Shown piece after piece: positions 47,119 to 48,266 of a DNA stretch of 48,266 nucleotides. This DNA is from Gammaproteobacteria bacterium (GTDB lineage Bacteria > Pseudomonadota > Gammaproteobacteria > Steroidobacterales > Steroidobacteraceae). Every line of letters begins with the position of its first letter. Positions within the stretch are counted from its first letter, which is position 1. The stretch is from positions 1 to 48,266 of the forward strand of contig SHZN01000001.1 in assembly GCA_009692245.1 (NCBI GenBank), in the 5' to 3' direction. The translations under genes were made by a program, and so were the position numbers. The notes beneath the pieces were generated by a model. That model was not told the DNA's origin. It made no database searches and saw only the letters and a program-made list of their open reading frames with translations.

Positions 47119-48156
47119 ATGAAGCAGGCGTTGCAGGTAGGGAAGATGCAGTGGCGAGGGACCGGCGCCGCGTGCTTCCTGAGCTTGTGTCTGCTGCAAT
47201 TGAGCGCGGAGGCTCGTGCCTCGGTAGCGGCGGATCCGAGTGATTCAGCCGCGGCTTTGGACCTGACTTGCCCGCCTCCCGGGCGCCAGATCGAAATCCC
47301 GGATGGCGCGACCTCGTCGGAGGCCGAACTGCTGCGGGCCAAGGCAGCTGTACTCGACTGTGACACAGCCACTACCGCATACACGAAATGCCTCGCTGAC
47401 GCTGAGACGCGGATGGTGGCATTGCAACCGGGACTGGCCGCTCAGCTCCGGGAACTCCGCGCGGATCGCAATGACGCTGCCGTGGGCCGCGCGGAACAGG
47501 TCGTCACTCTGTTCAACCAGGCACTCCAGGCCTACCGGGCGTACGTGCATGAGATCAGGGGGCCCGTACTGCAATGGCCAACTGGGCCCAACTTGGAGCC
47601 CTGTTACAGGCACTTCGGTGAGCATTCGAGAGCTAGTATCGAAGTCTTTTTAAAAATTTCGGAGACCGGCGAAGTGACCGACATGCAACTTGATCCCGGT
47701 GGAAATCCAAGGGACCGTTCAATTGCATCGTGTGTCGTTGAGAAAGCAAGCATCATTCCCGGAACAATGGATAAGAAGCCTGTTTCAGGCACCATGAAAT
47801 TGCGGCTCTATATTCAAATTGGCTACGCACATTTTGGTCAGCCTAAAACGGTGCAATCGCCGGACCTTCTGAGCAGTCCGGAGGAAGCCACGCTTGCACA
47901 CGATGAATGCTCGCCGGCTGACCTGCATGATGGCGGGGTGGTCAAGCTTGCCATGTCTGTATTGTGGAACGGGCGCGTCGTCTCACCATATGTCACAGCC
48001 AGCAGCGGAGTTAGAGATGTTGATCGCGCAGCGATTTGCATCGCAAAGAAATTGCGATATTCACATCCGTTGATAGATGGCAGGCCGAGACAAGTGGATG
48101 GGGTCGAAGTGATGATACGGGTCAGACCGCGCGCCAATACCGACGTTCAAGTTTAG
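47119..48156 (+). CDS. Secreted hypothetical protein with two TonB-C-terminal-like (beta-alpha-beta) repeats; G+C drops sharply in its 3' half
   Basis: A signal-like N-terminus (GAACFLSLCLLQLSAEA) and two segments resembling TonB_C (G.V.....V...G.V......SSG....D.AA...) are present. The family call is weak. Confidence 0.4.
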   Translation: MKQALQVGKMQWRGTGAACFLSLCLLQLSAEARASVAADPSDSAAALDLTCPPPGRQIEIPDGATSSEAELLRAKAAVLDCDTATTAYTKCLADAETRMVALQPGLAAQLRELRADRNDAAVGRAEQVVTLFNQALQAYRAYVHEIRGPVLQWPTGPNLEPCYRHFGEHSRASIEVFLKISETGEVTDMQLDPGGNPRDRSIASCVVEKASIIPGTMDKKPVSGTMKLRLYIQIGYAHFGQPKTVQSPDLLSSPEEATLAHDECSPADLHDGGVVKLAMSVLWNGRVVSPYVTASSGVRDVDRAAICIAKKLRYSHPLIDGRPRQVDGVEVMIRVRPRANTDVQV

Positions 48157-48171
48157 AGATAGCATTTCGCC

Positions 48172-48266
48172 ATGGCCTATCGGCAACTGATAGCGCTTGT
48201 GGTTGCTGCCAGCCAATGTGCCCAAGCAAGCGAGACGCCTGCATTGCCGGATCCGGCCATCTTGCT
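48172..48266 (+). CDS. 5' end of an ORF with a signal-peptide-like start (MAYRQLIALVVAASQCAQA), running off the window
   Basis: The frame is open from ATG 48172 to the end of the window. Only 31 codons are visible. Confidence 0.25.
   Translation, partial: MAYRQLIALVVAASQCAQASETPALPDPAIL

Overview
This is a high-GC (roughly two-thirds G+C by eye) chromosomal segment. It is almost certainly from a Gammaproteobacterium, given the divergent rhlB / trxA-rho arrangement plus plsB, ttcA, greB, arfB, cysQ and yrfG. I assigned about 40 protein genes by reading the translations for family motifs. No database search was possible, so every family call is recognition-based. I recognised no rRNA, tRNA, CRISPR array, transposase or integrase. 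Most of the window is ordinary housekeeping DNA, often in tightly coupled operons with ATGA/GTGA overlaps: an RND efflux pair, polyamine genes speA and hss, an oxoprolinase, PlsB, Rho and others. Eight items deserve a second look. (1) An orphan contractile-tail sheath gene is intact except for one in-frame TAG and has no tube or baseplate neighbours. (2) A HhH-GPD DNA glycosylase gene coupled to rho is also interrupted by a single in-frame TAG. (3) A Gly/Arg-rich open frame joins the trxA stop codon to the canonical rho start. (4) A perfect 33-bp hairpin is followed by four direct 13-nt repeats between convergent genes. (5) A dual-specificity-phosphatase/ADP-ribosylglycohydrolase fusion is translationally coupled to an ATP-grasp enzyme downstream of ttcA. 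(6) An M32 carboxypeptidase homologue carries HETGQ instead of HExxH. (7) A terminator-bounded non-coding stretch may be an sRNA or leader. (8) G+C drops sharply inside the last complete ORF. The many long antisense ORFs in the track are high-GC artefacts.
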